Shown piece by piece: positions 49,768 to 60,492 of a stretch of 64,000 nt of DNA. Within the stretch, counting starts at the first letter, position 1. Each line of letters opens with the position of its first letter. Below the pieces are notes generated by a model. The model saw only the letters and a list, made by a program, of their open reading frames with translations. It was not told the origin of the DNA and did no database searches. The stretch comes from Candidatus Latescibacterota bacterium. Its GTDB lineage: Bacteria; Latescibacterota; UBA2968; UBA8231. A program made the translations under genes and the position numbers. The stretch spans positions 1,792,001-1,856,000 of the forward strand of contig OZ220089.1 in NCBI GenBank assembly GCA_964291625.2, read 5' to 3'.

Positions 49768-51826
49768 TCAGTAGGGCAGCAGGTACGCCACCTTCAGGCG
49801 CACCCTCTCCGCCGCCTCTCGGACAGAGTCCCCCAGATTGCAGGCCAGGTAGACCCGGCTCTTCGGGGCGATCTCGTAGCTGGCGAGCAGGTTGATGTCA
49901 CGCTCCCCCAGGTAGCGGGCGTCTTGCACGAAGGCGCGCACAAAGAGGCGCCGGGTGGCGAACCAGGTCGCCCGTCCCCGCCAGATCGTCTTGCCCTCGT
50001 CCAGCTCGCCCCCCGGCAGGTACTCCCAGACGCGGGACCCGCCTCCTTCGAGGGCCAGCGACGCCGATGGCTTGACCTGCAGCTCCGCCCGGACACTTCT
50101 GGCCGCCCCGAAGTACCCGTCGTCGAAGTCGAACCGGTCCTGGAATCCCCCGCCCACGTCCAGCTTCCACCTTCTGCTGTCGCCCGTATCGAACCCCACG
50201 TCGAACGTCTGTCCTTCATACGAGGTTCCCTGCCAGGGCCAGCGCCACAAGCTGTGGGTGAGCGAGGCAGAGGAGTGGTCCCATGTGAATAGCGATAGAT
50301 CCGCCGTCGTCCACTCCCAGCCCCAACCCTTCTCCACCGATCGCCGCTCCATCGACACGGCCTGGCCGAGACTCAGCTGGCCGAGGCTCCCGATCCGTGG
50401 ACGCCAGTCCGCCGAGATCTCCATCGATCTCGACCCGACGCCGGCATCCCTCTCGATGAAGCCGAGCCTGTCGGCGCTGAAGGCGGTCCCGATCGACCTG
50501 CAGGACAGGCCTCCCAGGAGGCTGCCGTGGCGATACTCCATGTCGACGCCTGCCATGTAGCCGCTGCCCCGGCCATGGTCGCCGCTTCGCGCGGCATGGC
50601 CATTGAAGGTGTATCGATCCCCCCACTCCAGCCGGGAATCCACCGCCGCGATCCGTTGCATCACCTTGCCGCCCTCCCATACCCCCTCCAACAAGGCGCT
50701 TGCAGTGGAACCTCCAGCCAGCTCCCTCTCCAGCTTCATCACCCCGAACCGGGGCCTCTCGCCGGCCGGGCCCCGATCCTGGGCGGCCAGGATCCCTACC
50801 GTGTATCCCGCGGTCCGGCCGCTGAGCCTGGCGCCGAAGTCGGGATCGGAGATCCGCCGGCTGTAGAACAGCCCGTGCCTGCCGAGGAAGTCGGCATCCT
50901 CGACGAAGAACGGACGCCTCTCCTTGAGGAGGAGAGGAAAGCGGGAGAGGTTGATCTCCTCCTCGTCGGCTTCGATCTGCGCGAAGTCCGGGTTCACCGT
51001 CATGTCCAGAATCGCATTCGTGGCCACGCCGTACTTCACGTCCAGCCCCGCGTCAGGCCGGCCGAGGCCGGAGGCGACATGGGGAAGCAGCTCCAGGTGC
51101 AGCCCCGGGTCTATCCCCCGCAGGCCGACCAGGTGACCCGCCTTCGAGACTCTCAACACCGAGCCGTCTTCCCGGTAGATCGCCGCCCAGTGGCTGCGCT
51201 CCCTGCCGGTGATGGCCAGGCGCTCCACGTTGAATCCCCACACCATCTCGCCGCCGGCGAAGGCCAGGGTCGAGAAGGAGATCGCCAGCTCGGCCGACCA
51301 GCCGCTGTCCAGGACCGCGGCTTCCGCCCGCCAGACCCCGTCCCAGCCCTTGTTGTTGGCCGCGTATCCTCCGGCGCCGTCGTCTGTCATCTGGAAGTCG
51401 TGCTGAATGCCAAGGGGGTTGATGTAGAACCCGTAGGCGTTGCGGTGGTCGTGCTGGGTGTCGAGTAGAATTCCCACCAGGTCCCGCGGCGCGAAGCGGC
51501 CGTCCCTCGGGACGATCCTGCGCGTCGATGTTCTCCGGGTTCGAATCGGCCATGTAGAGGCCGATGTAGAGCTCGTCCTCCGTGTAGAGAACCCTCGCGA
51601 AGGTCTGGTTCGCGGCCGGAACACCCTCGAGGGGATCCAGCAGCACGAAGCCGCTCACCGGCGCCGCCAGCTCCCAGCAGGGATCGCCCAGGTGGCCGTC
51701 GACCACCGGCGGCGTGTCGGTCCGGCTGGCCGCCACGGTCCGGGCGCCATGGATCTCCGATCCGGCGGGGACGGCCTCGGGGATCCCCGGGAGAGTGAGG
51801 GCGGCCATGATGTACCAGATCCTCAC
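49768..51826 (-). pseudogene. CBM9-like + DUF5916 outer-membrane protein, frameshifted near 51520
   Basis: N-terminus (PPVVDGHLGDPCW) in one frame and NPDFAQIEAD/ERRPFF in another; single-base shift. Confidence 0.7.
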
Positions 51827-53073
51827 CCCTCTTCCTCCGCGGCCTGCCGGCCGGCCAGCACCTGAAAGGGCACCACGCTGACGCAGGTGATCGCCACTCC
51901 CAGCAGGAAGAGGTGGGCATAGCCCACTTCGAGAGCGAGTCGCCCCCCACCGAAGGAGGTGATGGCGAAGCCCACCAGGGCGGCGCTCGCCGTCACCGCC
52001 GACATCGTCGGTCTCCAGCGCGTGGAGACCAGTTCCTGGTGGAAGACGGTGAAGGCGGGCATGCGCACGGCGATCAGCACGATGATGCTCACATACCCCA
52101 GGCCGGCGGCCTCCCAGCGGGGGATGAGGGCCATCGGCAGCAGGGCCAGGGCGATGCCGAGGGTGGTGCCGGTGAAGACCCGCGTGTGACCCACCCTGGC
52201 CAGCACTTGCGGCATGACCAGCGCCGCGGGCACGGAGAGCAGTTGCGCCAGCCCGATCAGCCAGCCGATGGAGGACGGCGGGACCCCGAGCTCCGAGTCC
52301 AGGTAGACGTTGAAGAAGGTCCGGGCCACGGCGACCCCCGGAGCGGCGAGCAGGCTGATCAGCCCGATCATCAGCAGCGGCGCATTCGGCCGTGGCTCCT
52401 CTTCTCCAGGCCCGGCCGGCCCCGGCTGTTCCCGTCCTGTGTCAGCCGCCGTGAACCCGAAGAGAGCCACGGCCGGCGCCAGGGAGAGCGAGGCCGCGAG
52501 CAGGCTGAGCTGGTAGGCGAGGAGCCCGTCGCTACCGGTCAGCCGCTCGAGTGCCTGCGGCAGAGCTCCCCCCAGCGCGCTGCCGGCGAAGCCGAAGAGG
52601 GGCCACACCGCCCCTCGAAGGGAGAATACCAGGGAGCGGTTGCCGGCGGCCGCCGCCTGCATCAGGAAGGGGCTGCTGTTGACCATGTAGGTGGCGAAGC
52701 CGCAACTGATGGCCACCTTCACCGAGACGATCCATCCCGAGCGCAGCGTACCCGGGACGAACCCGGCCAGGGACATGAGGAGGTATCCGGCGACCATGAG
52801 AGCCGCGCCTCCCACGAGAGCACGCCGGCACCCGGCGCGGCGTCCCCAGTGGCCGGCCACCGGGCTGAAGAGGGCGAAGGCCAGCAGACCGGCGGCGTTG
52901 AACTGACCGATCGAGTCGACGCCATACCCCATGCGCAGCAGGTAGAGGTTGAAGAGGACGGCGTAGATGCCGAAGGCCGAGAACCCGATCAGGGCGGCGC
53001 CGGCCATGTACAGCTTGACGTCTCTCTCCAGGAGCGCGGGTAGGCCCGCCAGGTGGGTAGTTGTGCGCAACAA
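51823..53073 (-). CDS. MFS transporter
   Basis: AAGGAG + TTG; multiple TM segments, LFNLYLLRMG. Confidence 0.8.
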   Translation of the reverse strand: MLRTTTHLAGLPALLERDVKLYMAGAALIGFSAFGIYAVLFNLYLLRMGYGVDSIGQFNAAGLLAFALFSPVAGHWGRRAGCRRALVGGAALMVAGYLLMSLAGFVPGTLRSGWIVSVKVAISCGFATYMVNSSPFLMQAAAAGNRSLVFSLRGAVWPLFGFAGSALGGALPQALERLTGSDGLLAYQLSLLAASLSLAPAVALFGFTAADTGREQPGPAGPGEEEPRPNAPLLMIGLISLLAAPGVAVARTFFNVYLDSELGVPPSSIGWLIGLAQLLSVPAALVMPQVLARVGHTRVFTGTTLGIALALLPMALIPRWEAAGLGYVSIIVLIAVRMPAFTVFHQELVSTRWRPTMSAVTASAALVGFAITSFGGGRLALEVGYAHLFLLGVAITCVSVVPFQVLAGRQAAEEEG

Positions 53074-53266
53074 GAGCTTGTCTCCTTCACACGGGAGACG
53101 AGCGAGAGGGGCAGATGTTTGTACCAGGCTTCGCGGCGATGCGGGCCCGATCCGTGCCTGACAGATCCACCTTGACACCGTCCCGGGCCCATGCCGTTAT
53201 AGCCCCGTGAACCCCGGAGACGCCGGCGGTGCCATCCCTCCTGTGCTGGTTTCCACGGAGCCCGAC

Positions 53267-55213
53267 ATGACCTTCTGGATGCGCCTGCTTCACCTGACCC
53301 TGGCCGCGGCGGCCATCGCGGCCACCGGCTCCCCGTCCGCGGCCTACGCCTCCCCGGCATCGGCCGAGGGAGAGGGATGGGTGTCGGCCCTGGATTCGCT
53401 CCGCGTGGAGCGGTCGGGATCGTGGCGGGATTCCCGGTTCCGCTACGCCAGGACCACCTGTCTGTACACGCGGGAGGAGGGCGCGGCGCTGACCTTCGGG
53501 TTCACGGCAACGGGCGTGGCCCTCGGTCTGGGGCAACTCGGCGTCCCCGCCTACGGTGGGCCGCGTCTGGGCCGGCTGATCGCAACCGTGGACGACGGCA
53601 GTCCCCGCGTCCTCTACCCGGCCGAGGAGGGACGGGAGGTGGTGCTGGCCCGGGGCCTGCCCTATGGGGAGCACCGGGTGCGGGTGGTCCACCAGCCCGA
53701 GGAGGGAGAAATGGGATGCCGGGTGTCAGGGTTCCGCGTCCTGGGCCAGGACACGGGGGATCTTTCCTTCTTCCTCGACGGCGAGGAGAGCGCCTTCTTC
53801 GTCGACGCCAGGGCGGTCGTGCGCCGCGGCGGCGAAGTGGTCCGAAACGTGCTGGTGCGCAACTGGCTGACCGGGGCCTGCCGGCTCACGGGTCTGACCG
53901 CGGGAGATGGATACTCCCTGGAGCTGGCCGCCCTCGGATGGGAGTCCCGCAGGATCGACGGCATCGCCATCCGCAAAGGGGAGGAGACACGCCTGCCGCC
54001 TGTCTACCTGCCCCGCCAGCCGAGGACCGCTTCGCGGGGGGTCCGGTTCCCCATGCTCGGACACCCGGCCGTCCGCAGGCCCGGCGAGTCCTTCCGCGCC
54101 AGGGTCGTCTCCTACGGCAACCCGATCGAGGAGCTGAGAATCTCGCGGCAGGTCGGCCCGGCCACCATCTCCCGGGCTCTACCCTTCGAGGAGGATCCGG
54201 AGGCGGCCTACTACTACGACCGGGAGTACACGTTGACGCTGCCGCCGGACGTTCCGCCGGGGCTGTACGATCTGTGGGTCTGGCTGGCCAGCTCGCGCGG
54301 GCGTTGGGAGCGGCACTCCCCCGCGAGTGTGTACGTCGTTCGAGAGTACCCGGACGATCCGGTCTTCATGACCTTCGGACACCTGGACACACAGGGGCAG
54401 TACCAGGCGGAGTACGAGAGACGGCTGGCCCGGGTCGCCAACCTCGTCGCGCCGGACATGGTCCTCATCAGCAACTCGGTGAACCCGGCCTACATCTCGG
54501 GGGCGCATCAGGCCCTGCAGGTGCCCTACGCCATCAACTTCGGCAATCACCAGTTCTACGGGCACGAGCGCTGGTACGGCGATCCGGTGGGGATGATCGA
54601 CTATGGCCCGGACCTGTGCATCCTCAACTTCGGCCACGCCTGGCACGTGGACCTGTCCAGGGCCGAGGCGCTGATGGCCTCGCGGGCCGACGCCCGGACC
54701 AGGGTGATCAACGCCTACGAGCCCAACGCGCCGGTCGAGGACTTCCTGGACCGGCACCGGGTGCAGCTGATCCACGACGCCCACGGCCCGGGACCCAAGG
54801 TACAGTCCATCGGCGCCACCCCCACGATGCGGGCGGGCAAGTACGACGAGGAGAGCTTCCGGGTCGTCCGCTTCGAGGACGGACGCGTGGCGTCGCTGAC
54901 CTATCTCGGCGACCCCATAGCGCCTGTCCCCTTCCTGCGGGAAGGACCTTCACCCCTCGAGGTCGCCTGGGACCCGGCCAACGACGGGACCCACGACCGG
55001 GTGACCGCCACGGTGACCAACCGGCTGAAGGAGGACTTCCCTGACGGCCGCGTCACCTACGTGCTGCCCGCCGGGGAGTACTCGGTGGAGGGCGGCCGTC
55101 TGGAGACGGCGGTCACCAGCGACGACGGCCGCTACACGGTGCTGACGGCGCGGGTGGACTTCCCGGCGGAGGGCAGCGTGCGGGCCACGGCGTTGAGAGA
55201 GGGAAGGGACTGA
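53267..55213 (+). CDS. Secreted hypothetical protein with a degenerate metallophosphoesterase-like region
   Basis: Signal peptide; FGHLDT, PDMVLIS, GNH, DAHG motifs. Confidence 0.55.
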   Translation: MTFWMRLLHLTLAAAAIAATGSPSAAYASPASAEGEGWVSALDSLRVERSGSWRDSRFRYARTTCLYTREEGAALTFGFTATGVALGLGQLGVPAYGGPRLGRLIATVDDGSPRVLYPAEEGREVVLARGLPYGEHRVRVVHQPEEGEMGCRVSGFRVLGQDTGDLSFFLDGEESAFFVDARAVVRRGGEVVRNVLVRNWLTGACRLTGLTAGDGYSLELAALGWESRRIDGIAIRKGEETRLPPVYLPRQPRTASRGVRFPMLGHPAVRRPGESFRARVVSYGNPIEELRISRQVGPATISRALPFEEDPEAAYYYDREYTLTLPPDVPPGLYDLWVWLASSRGRWERHSPASVYVVREYPDDPVFMTFGHLDTQGQYQAEYERRLARVANLVAPDMVLISNSVNPAYISGAHQALQVPYAINFGNHQFYGHERWYGDPVGMIDYGPDLCILNFGHAWHVDLSRAEALMASRADARTRVINAYEPNAPVEDFLDRHRVQLIHDAHGPGPKVQSIGATPTMRAGKYDEESFRVVRFEDGRVASLTYLGDPIAPVPFLREGPSPLEVAWDPANDGTHDRVTATVTNRLKEDFPDGRVTYVLPAGEYSVEGGRLETAVTSDDGRYTVLTARVDFPAEGSVRATALREGRD

Positions 55214-55221
55214 CCCCGGGG

Positions 55222-56268
55222 TCAGGTCAGGAAAGTCCGGTAACGCCACAATTGGTAGAGTAGAACGATCGCCGCGAGGACGACCAGCGCCAGTCCGATC
55301 CAGACCCTCACCGATCTCCCTTCACCCCGCTGATCCATGATGTCCACTCCCGCCGGGAACTCCAGGTCGAAGTGATGGGCGGGGATCGACATGTTCACCG
55401 TGAAGTCGAGCGCTACCAGCGAGCTGACGCTCAGGACTCTGTCCGTGTCCTTCTGATACACGCTCGACGTCCACTGCGAGGGGTACCAGAGACCTTCTTC
55501 ATACTCCTTGTTGACGACGCTGACCACGGTCCGGTAGGGATATCCCGGAGTCGCTGGATGCTCACGACGCAGGACGGTGAATCCCTGGTCCCTGTCGATG
55601 TCCAGCGTCTGCCACCTGCCACGGATCATGACCCGGAACCGTCCAACGGCTTCCTCACCGTCCGCACCTGCGAAGTCATGCACCCGCTCGATCCTCGATG
55701 ATTCCCTGAGGATGAGCTCCGGCAGCAGGCGCTGCGAAGGCAACGACACCAGCGGGAACTCGAGCGTATGGTGATGGTGCAGGCGACTTCGCGTCGAGGC
55801 GAGAACGCCGTCCAGGCTCCCCGAAGCTGATCTGCTCAGCTCTCTCAGCTCTTCACCATTCCACACCTGGCTCCTGGTCTGTCGGGTCCGTCTCTCACCA
55901 AAGGGGCCATCCGGGAAGTAATACAGGGTCTCCGTGCCATCCAGGCGGATCCTGTTCGCTCTCTTGTCGAAGGCCAGTCTCAGTGTATCGGGCCCTATCT
56001 CGGGAAGATAGTCCGACGTGGTCGGGTCGTAGTCTTGCCTGGGATCGGCGATCATGTCCTCGATGTATTGCTGGCGTCCGGGGTTCCTTGCGGTGTACAC
56101 CAAGGTGCCCTGGCCGCTCCAGACCTGCTCGTACTGCGCATGGGAGCGCTCCCACCAGGACCTGTCCGATTCGCTCGGATCATCCTGTGCCAGGACCAGG
56201 GACGGGGCCATGGACACCATGAAGCATGCTGCAACTCGCAATCGACTGGTTCGTCTTGCGGCTGTCAT
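55222..56268 (-). CDS. Hypothetical protein, signal peptide + C-terminal TM (LolA-like fold possible)
   Basis: GLWYPSQWT...VNMSIPAHHFDLEFPAG, then a TM helix. Confidence 0.6.
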   Translation of the reverse strand: MTAARRTSRLRVAACFMVSMAPSLVLAQDDPSESDRSWWERSHAQYEQVWSGQGTLVYTARNPGRQQYIEDMIADPRQDYDPTTSDYLPEIGPDTLRLAFDKRANRIRLDGTETLYYFPDGPFGERRTRQTRSQVWNGEELRELSRSASGSLDGVLASTRSRLHHHHTLEFPLVSLPSQRLLPELILRESSRIERVHDFAGADGEEAVGRFRVMIRGRWQTLDIDRDQGFTVLRREHPATPGYPYRTVVSVVNKEYEEGLWYPSQWTSSVYQKDTDRVLSVSSLVALDFTVNMSIPAHHFDLEFPAGVDIMDQRGEGRSVRVWIGLALVVLAAIVLLYQLWRYRTFLT

Positions 56269-56552
56269 TGGTCAGATCCCCTTGGTGAGCGGCCCGCAGG
56301 TCCGCGGGCCCGGAGCAATTCCCTCAGATCGAGGAGGACGGTGTCGTACCTCGCTGCAAGAGATGCGTCCGGATCGATCTTGCCGACGCCGATGTGGCCA
56401 TGGTTTTCGATCACGTACTCCCCAAGTCTATCTCCCTGGATTGGTTCGACCATACGGAGTGAACAGCCCTCTGCCAACCCCCTTGCGAGTCGGATCCTCC
56501 TGGGCCTGTCCGCGATCCTTCAATAGGTTACTGTGAGTTCTGGCAGGTTCAT
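56265..56552 (-). CDS. Candidate Rdx/SelW-like selenoprotein (in-frame TGA at 56520-56522)
   Basis: ATG at 56552: MNLPELTVTY-TGA-RIADRPRRIRLARGL...VEPIQGDRLGEYVI; GCAA-loop hairpin downstream of the TGA; stop overlaps the next ATG. Confidence 0.45.
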
Positions 56553-56627
56553 CGTGCCCCCGGGCACCGGTGCCTCCGAACTCCGCACTGATCCTGGTCA
56601 CTCTCGGCCCAGATAGGAAGCAACACC

Positions 56628-57260
56628 GTGGGCAAGATGTTCCTGGTCGCCGATGGCGACCTCAAGCCGCTCGATCAGCAGCAGTACTCCTCGGAGGATC
56701 AGTTGCAGGACCTTCTCGCCCGCTTCCCGGACCTGCTTCCCGGCGATGACATCGATCCAACCGCTCCCCGCCGGTGGTTGTTGGTCTCGCGGGAGGCAGG
56801 GATACCCGGCCAGAGCGACGGCGGTGACCGGTGGTCGCTCGACCACCTCTTCCTCGATCAGGATGGAGTGCCGACTCTGGTCGAGGTCAAGCGAAGCTCG
56901 GACACGAGACTACGCCGAGAGGTTGTCGGACAGATGCTCGAGTACGCGGCGAATGGAGTCGCGTACTGGCCGCTTGAGCAACTCCAGGATCTCTTCCGCG
57001 GGTCATTCGAGGCGTCCGGGGACGATCCCGATCTTCAACTGCGCGGTTTCATTGATCATGAATCGCCGGAGGAGTTCTGGAAGGTGGTCAAGACCAATCT
57101 CCAGGCAGGACGAATCCGCCTCGTGTTCGTAGCCGACGAGATCCCGTCGGAGCTGCAACGAGTGGTTGAGTTCCTGAATGACCAGATGGACCCGGCCGAA
57201 GTAATCGCCGTGGAGATCTCGCGCTACTCTGGGGATGGGCTTGAGACGCTTGCCCCAACA
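56628..57260 (+). pseudogene. NucS/DUF91-like PD-(D/E)XK nuclease domain, 3'-truncated
   Basis: EDQLQDLL, SLDHLFLDQDG.PTLVEVKRS, REVVGQMLEYAA; runs into a DUF5916 fragment. Confidence 0.7.
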
Positions 57261-57274
57261 TCTCCCTCAATGCC

Positions 57275-58741
57275 ACCATCAACCCCGGACTTCGGCCAGG
57301 TCGAGGGTGATCCGGCGGTGCTCAACCTGACCCTCTTCGAGACGCGCCACCGCGAGCGCCGGCCCTTCTTCCTGGAGGGCATCCAGATCTTCCAGTCCCC
57401 CCGCCCGGGCATCACCGGCGTCACCGGGCAGGCGCGCCTGTTCCACTCGCGGCGCATCGGCCGGCCGCCCTCGAAGTGCTCATCGAGCAGGCCGACACGG
57501 TGCGCCACGTCGAGATCGAGCCGGTCACCAACTACCTCGTTGGCCGCGTGCAACAGGACCTGCTGACCAACTCTACCGCCGGCGCCGAGGTCACGGCGGT
57601 CAACGGCCGCGGCTTCGACCCGGCCTACGTCGGGGCCGGCGACCTGCACCTCAAGTGGCGGGAAAACGCCTACCGGATCTACACCCGCCTCGCCGTGAGC
57701 CGCACCGGACAGGAGGAGGAGCGCGGCACCGGCTGGGAGGGTCTGATGAACTTCAAGAAGTCGGGAGGCGCCTTCGGCGGCCAGGCCCACGTGGACGCGC
57801 GATCCCCCGCCTTCCAGGTCAACGACCTGGGATGGATGAAGCCCCGCAACCGCATCCAGGCGGGCTTGGGCCTCTATCACCAGAAGCTCCACCCGTACTG
57901 GTTCGCCCGCCGTTCCTGGTTTGACCTCGACTTCTGGTCCGCTGGAACTACGCGCGCGTGCGGCTGTTCCGGAGGATCGCCTCCAGCACCTCACACCAGC
58001 TGCACAACTACTGGGGTTTCTGGGCCCGGGTGATCCGCAACTTCGAGGGCTTCGACGAGGTGGTCACCCGCGGCGGGCAGATCATGGTCGCCCCGTCCGA
58101 CACCCGGATCAACCTGAGTGTGTGGAGCGATGATCGAAAGCCCGTCACCGCCCGGTTCGGCTGGAGCTTCTTCGAGAGCCGGGCCGGCGACAACCTGCAA
58201 TCGGGGATCTGGGTGGGTCTCGAGTTCAGGCCCATGTCCAGTTGAGGGTGACGATCGGGCCGAGCTACAACTACCAGCGCAACTTCGCCCAGTGGTTGCG
58301 GAACAAGGACGACGACGGCGACGGCGAGGCCGACCGCTTCATCTTCGGAGAGCTCGACAGCCGCGTCCTGGACATCAGCGTGCGCGGCGACTGGACCTTC
58401 ACGCCCACATTGAGCCTGCAGCTCTACGCCCAGCCCTTCGTGACCACCGGCGACTACGGGGCCATCAAGGAGCTCGCCCGCCCCCGGTCCTACGAGTTCC
58501 TCCCATACCCGGACTTCGACGGGAACCCCGACTTCCACTTCCGCTCCCTGCATTCCAACCTGGTGCTGCGCTGGGAGTTCCGCCCCGGCAGCACCCTCTA
58601 CCTCGTCTGGCAGCAGAGCCGGGCCGCGGCTTCGATGCCCTCGACCCGCGGTTCCGCCCCGGGGACGACCTTGGCAGCACCTTCCTCGACCCGGGGCAGA
58701 GCATCTTCCTGGTCAAGGGCAACTGGTGGTGGGGGCTGTAA
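57275..58741 (+). pseudogene. Degraded DUF5916 outer-membrane protein (C-terminal part)
   Basis: PDFGQVEGDPAVLNL..FET...ERRPFFLEG; NLVLRWEFRPGSTLYLVWQQ; several frameshifts. Confidence 0.75.
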
Positions 58742-58744
58742 CCG

Positions 58745-59000
58745 TTCAAGGCACGACCTTCGTGGATTGGCCCCCTGGCCTCCTCCTTCTCGCTGAGGAT
58801 CGGTCTTTGGGGCATCTCGATTCGTCCAGTGTGTCGTCCAAGAAAAACCGTTCGTTGTCGCTCGGTGTGCAGGGCGTGCTCTACCTGAACGACACGCCGA
58901 CCCAGCAGGGGGCCTTCATCTCCGTGCCGGGACTCCACCGGCGCCTGGAGGCGACGATCTCGATTCCCGGTTCCGACCCGCACGCGACCTGGGGGACAAC
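58745..59000 (+). pseudogene. Phytanoyl-CoA dioxygenase-like fragment
   Basis: VQGVLYLNDTPTQQGAFISVPGLHRRL. Confidence 0.5.
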
Positions 59001-59273
59001 CTTCCTCGACCGGGACCGGGGGCAGAGCTGTTTTCAGCCTGACTTGAGTTGCTGTGCTAAGGACTTGTGCTTACTCTCGTAAGTCGTGCTCCGGTTCTCC
59101 TGCCGGCCCCGCAGCGCCTGCAGGCTCCTGAAGGGCCACAGGGGCGCGTACTGTGCGCCCCCTCTCGCCTTCAGGTAAAGCATCAGCAGCCAAATGCCCG
59201 TACGCCATGAGCCTATAGGCAGAAATGCGGCTTCAGCCGGACAACGAACTCATTACATAGTCGTCGTTCAGGA

Positions 59274-60437
59274 ATGGTAGATTACGAGGCCCGCGGCGTA
59301 TCGCCGCACAAGCTCGACGTTCACAACGCTCTAGTGGGCGTCGATCCCGGTCTGTTCCCCGGCGCATTCTGCAAGGCGATACCCGATGTACTGGGCGCTT
59401 CGCCCGAGCATTGCTACATTCTGCACGCCGACGGCGCGGGCACAAAATCCTCGCTGGCATATCTGCACTATAGACGCCACGGCGACATCCGCGTATTCGA
59501 ACGCCTGGCGCAGGATTCGCTGGCGATGAATCTCGACGACCTCCTCTGCGTTGGCGCTGTCGGACCATTTGCGCTTTCAAACATCATCGGCCGCAATGCG
59601 CGCGCTATCGGAGGGGAAGTAATAGCGGCGGTTATCCGCGGCTATAGCGATTTCGCCGCATCGCTGCGTCCCCACGGCGTAGAGATCGTCTCCTGCGGCG
59701 GGGAAACGGCCGACTTAGGCGATCTGGTGCGCACCATCACTATCGATTCCACGCTGGCGACACGGATGCTGCGCTCGGATTTTATTGACTGCGCCAAGGT
59801 TCAGCCCGGTCACGACTTGGTGGGCTTGGCGTCGTTCGGCAGGGCTGGCTACGAGTCGATCCCCAATTCGGGCATCGGCTCCAATGGGTTTACCTCGGCT
59901 CGGCATGACCTACTCCACAGCCGTTTCCGCACGCAGTTTCCCGAGTCGTTCGCTCCTGAGATCGCCGAAGTCGCTTACACCGGTCCAGCCGATATCGACG
60001 ACGCCCTTCCCGGTTCGGAGATGACGGTTGGAGACGCCCTGCTATCGCCCACGCGCACTTATGCTCCGATCATGCTGCTGGTCCTGGAGCGCTTCCGTCA
60101 ATCTATTTCCGCCGTGTTCCACAACTCCGGCGGCGGACAAACCAAGTGTCTGAACTTTGGCGAGAACATCCGGTATATCAAGGACAATCTTTTTGAGCCG
60201 CCCGCCATCTTCAAATTTATCCAATCCAGCGCTGGGCGCAGCATGCGCGAAATGCTGATCGTGTTTAATATGGGGCACCGCCTGGAACTCGCCTGCGATC
60301 CATCGGTAAGCCAGGAGATCATCGATATTGCCGCCCGATTTGGCGTGGAGGGCCGCGTCGTGGGCCGCACGGAGCGCTCAACTAGCGGCAATTCACTGCA
60401 TATCGCCGCCGGGGGAGAGACTATCGATTACACCTGA
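59274..60437 (+). CDS. purM: AIR synthase (PurM-like, Bacteroidota-type)
   Basis: RGVS..K.DVH, GLFPGAFCK, HADGAGTKSSLAY, GGETADLGD, GGGQTK, VFNMGHRLE. Confidence 0.85.
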   Translation: MVDYEARGVSPHKLDVHNALVGVDPGLFPGAFCKAIPDVLGASPEHCYILHADGAGTKSSLAYLHYRRHGDIRVFERLAQDSLAMNLDDLLCVGAVGPFALSNIIGRNARAIGGEVIAAVIRGYSDFAASLRPHGVEIVSCGGETADLGDLVRTITIDSTLATRMLRSDFIDCAKVQPGHDLVGLASFGRAGYESIPNSGIGSNGFTSARHDLLHSRFRTQFPESFAPEIAEVAYTGPADIDDALPGSEMTVGDALLSPTRTYAPIMLLVLERFRQSISAVFHNSGGGQTKCLNFGENIRYIKDNLFEPPAIFKFIQSSAGRSMREMLIVFNMGHRLELACDPSVSQEIIDIAARFGVEGRVVGRTERSTSGNSLHIAAGGETIDYT

Positions 60438-60492
60438 ATCCCTCAACTCCGGAATCGTTGGCCACAGTATACCGCGCTAAAGCATCGCATCA

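Noticed and set aside
53172-53203. TTGACA...TATAGC promoter
   Set aside because: The 20-bp spacer is too long.
55210-55225. 16-bp palindrome CTGACCCCGGGGTCAG joining two convergent stop codons
   Set aside because: No loop or U-tract, and partly forced by the two TGA codons.
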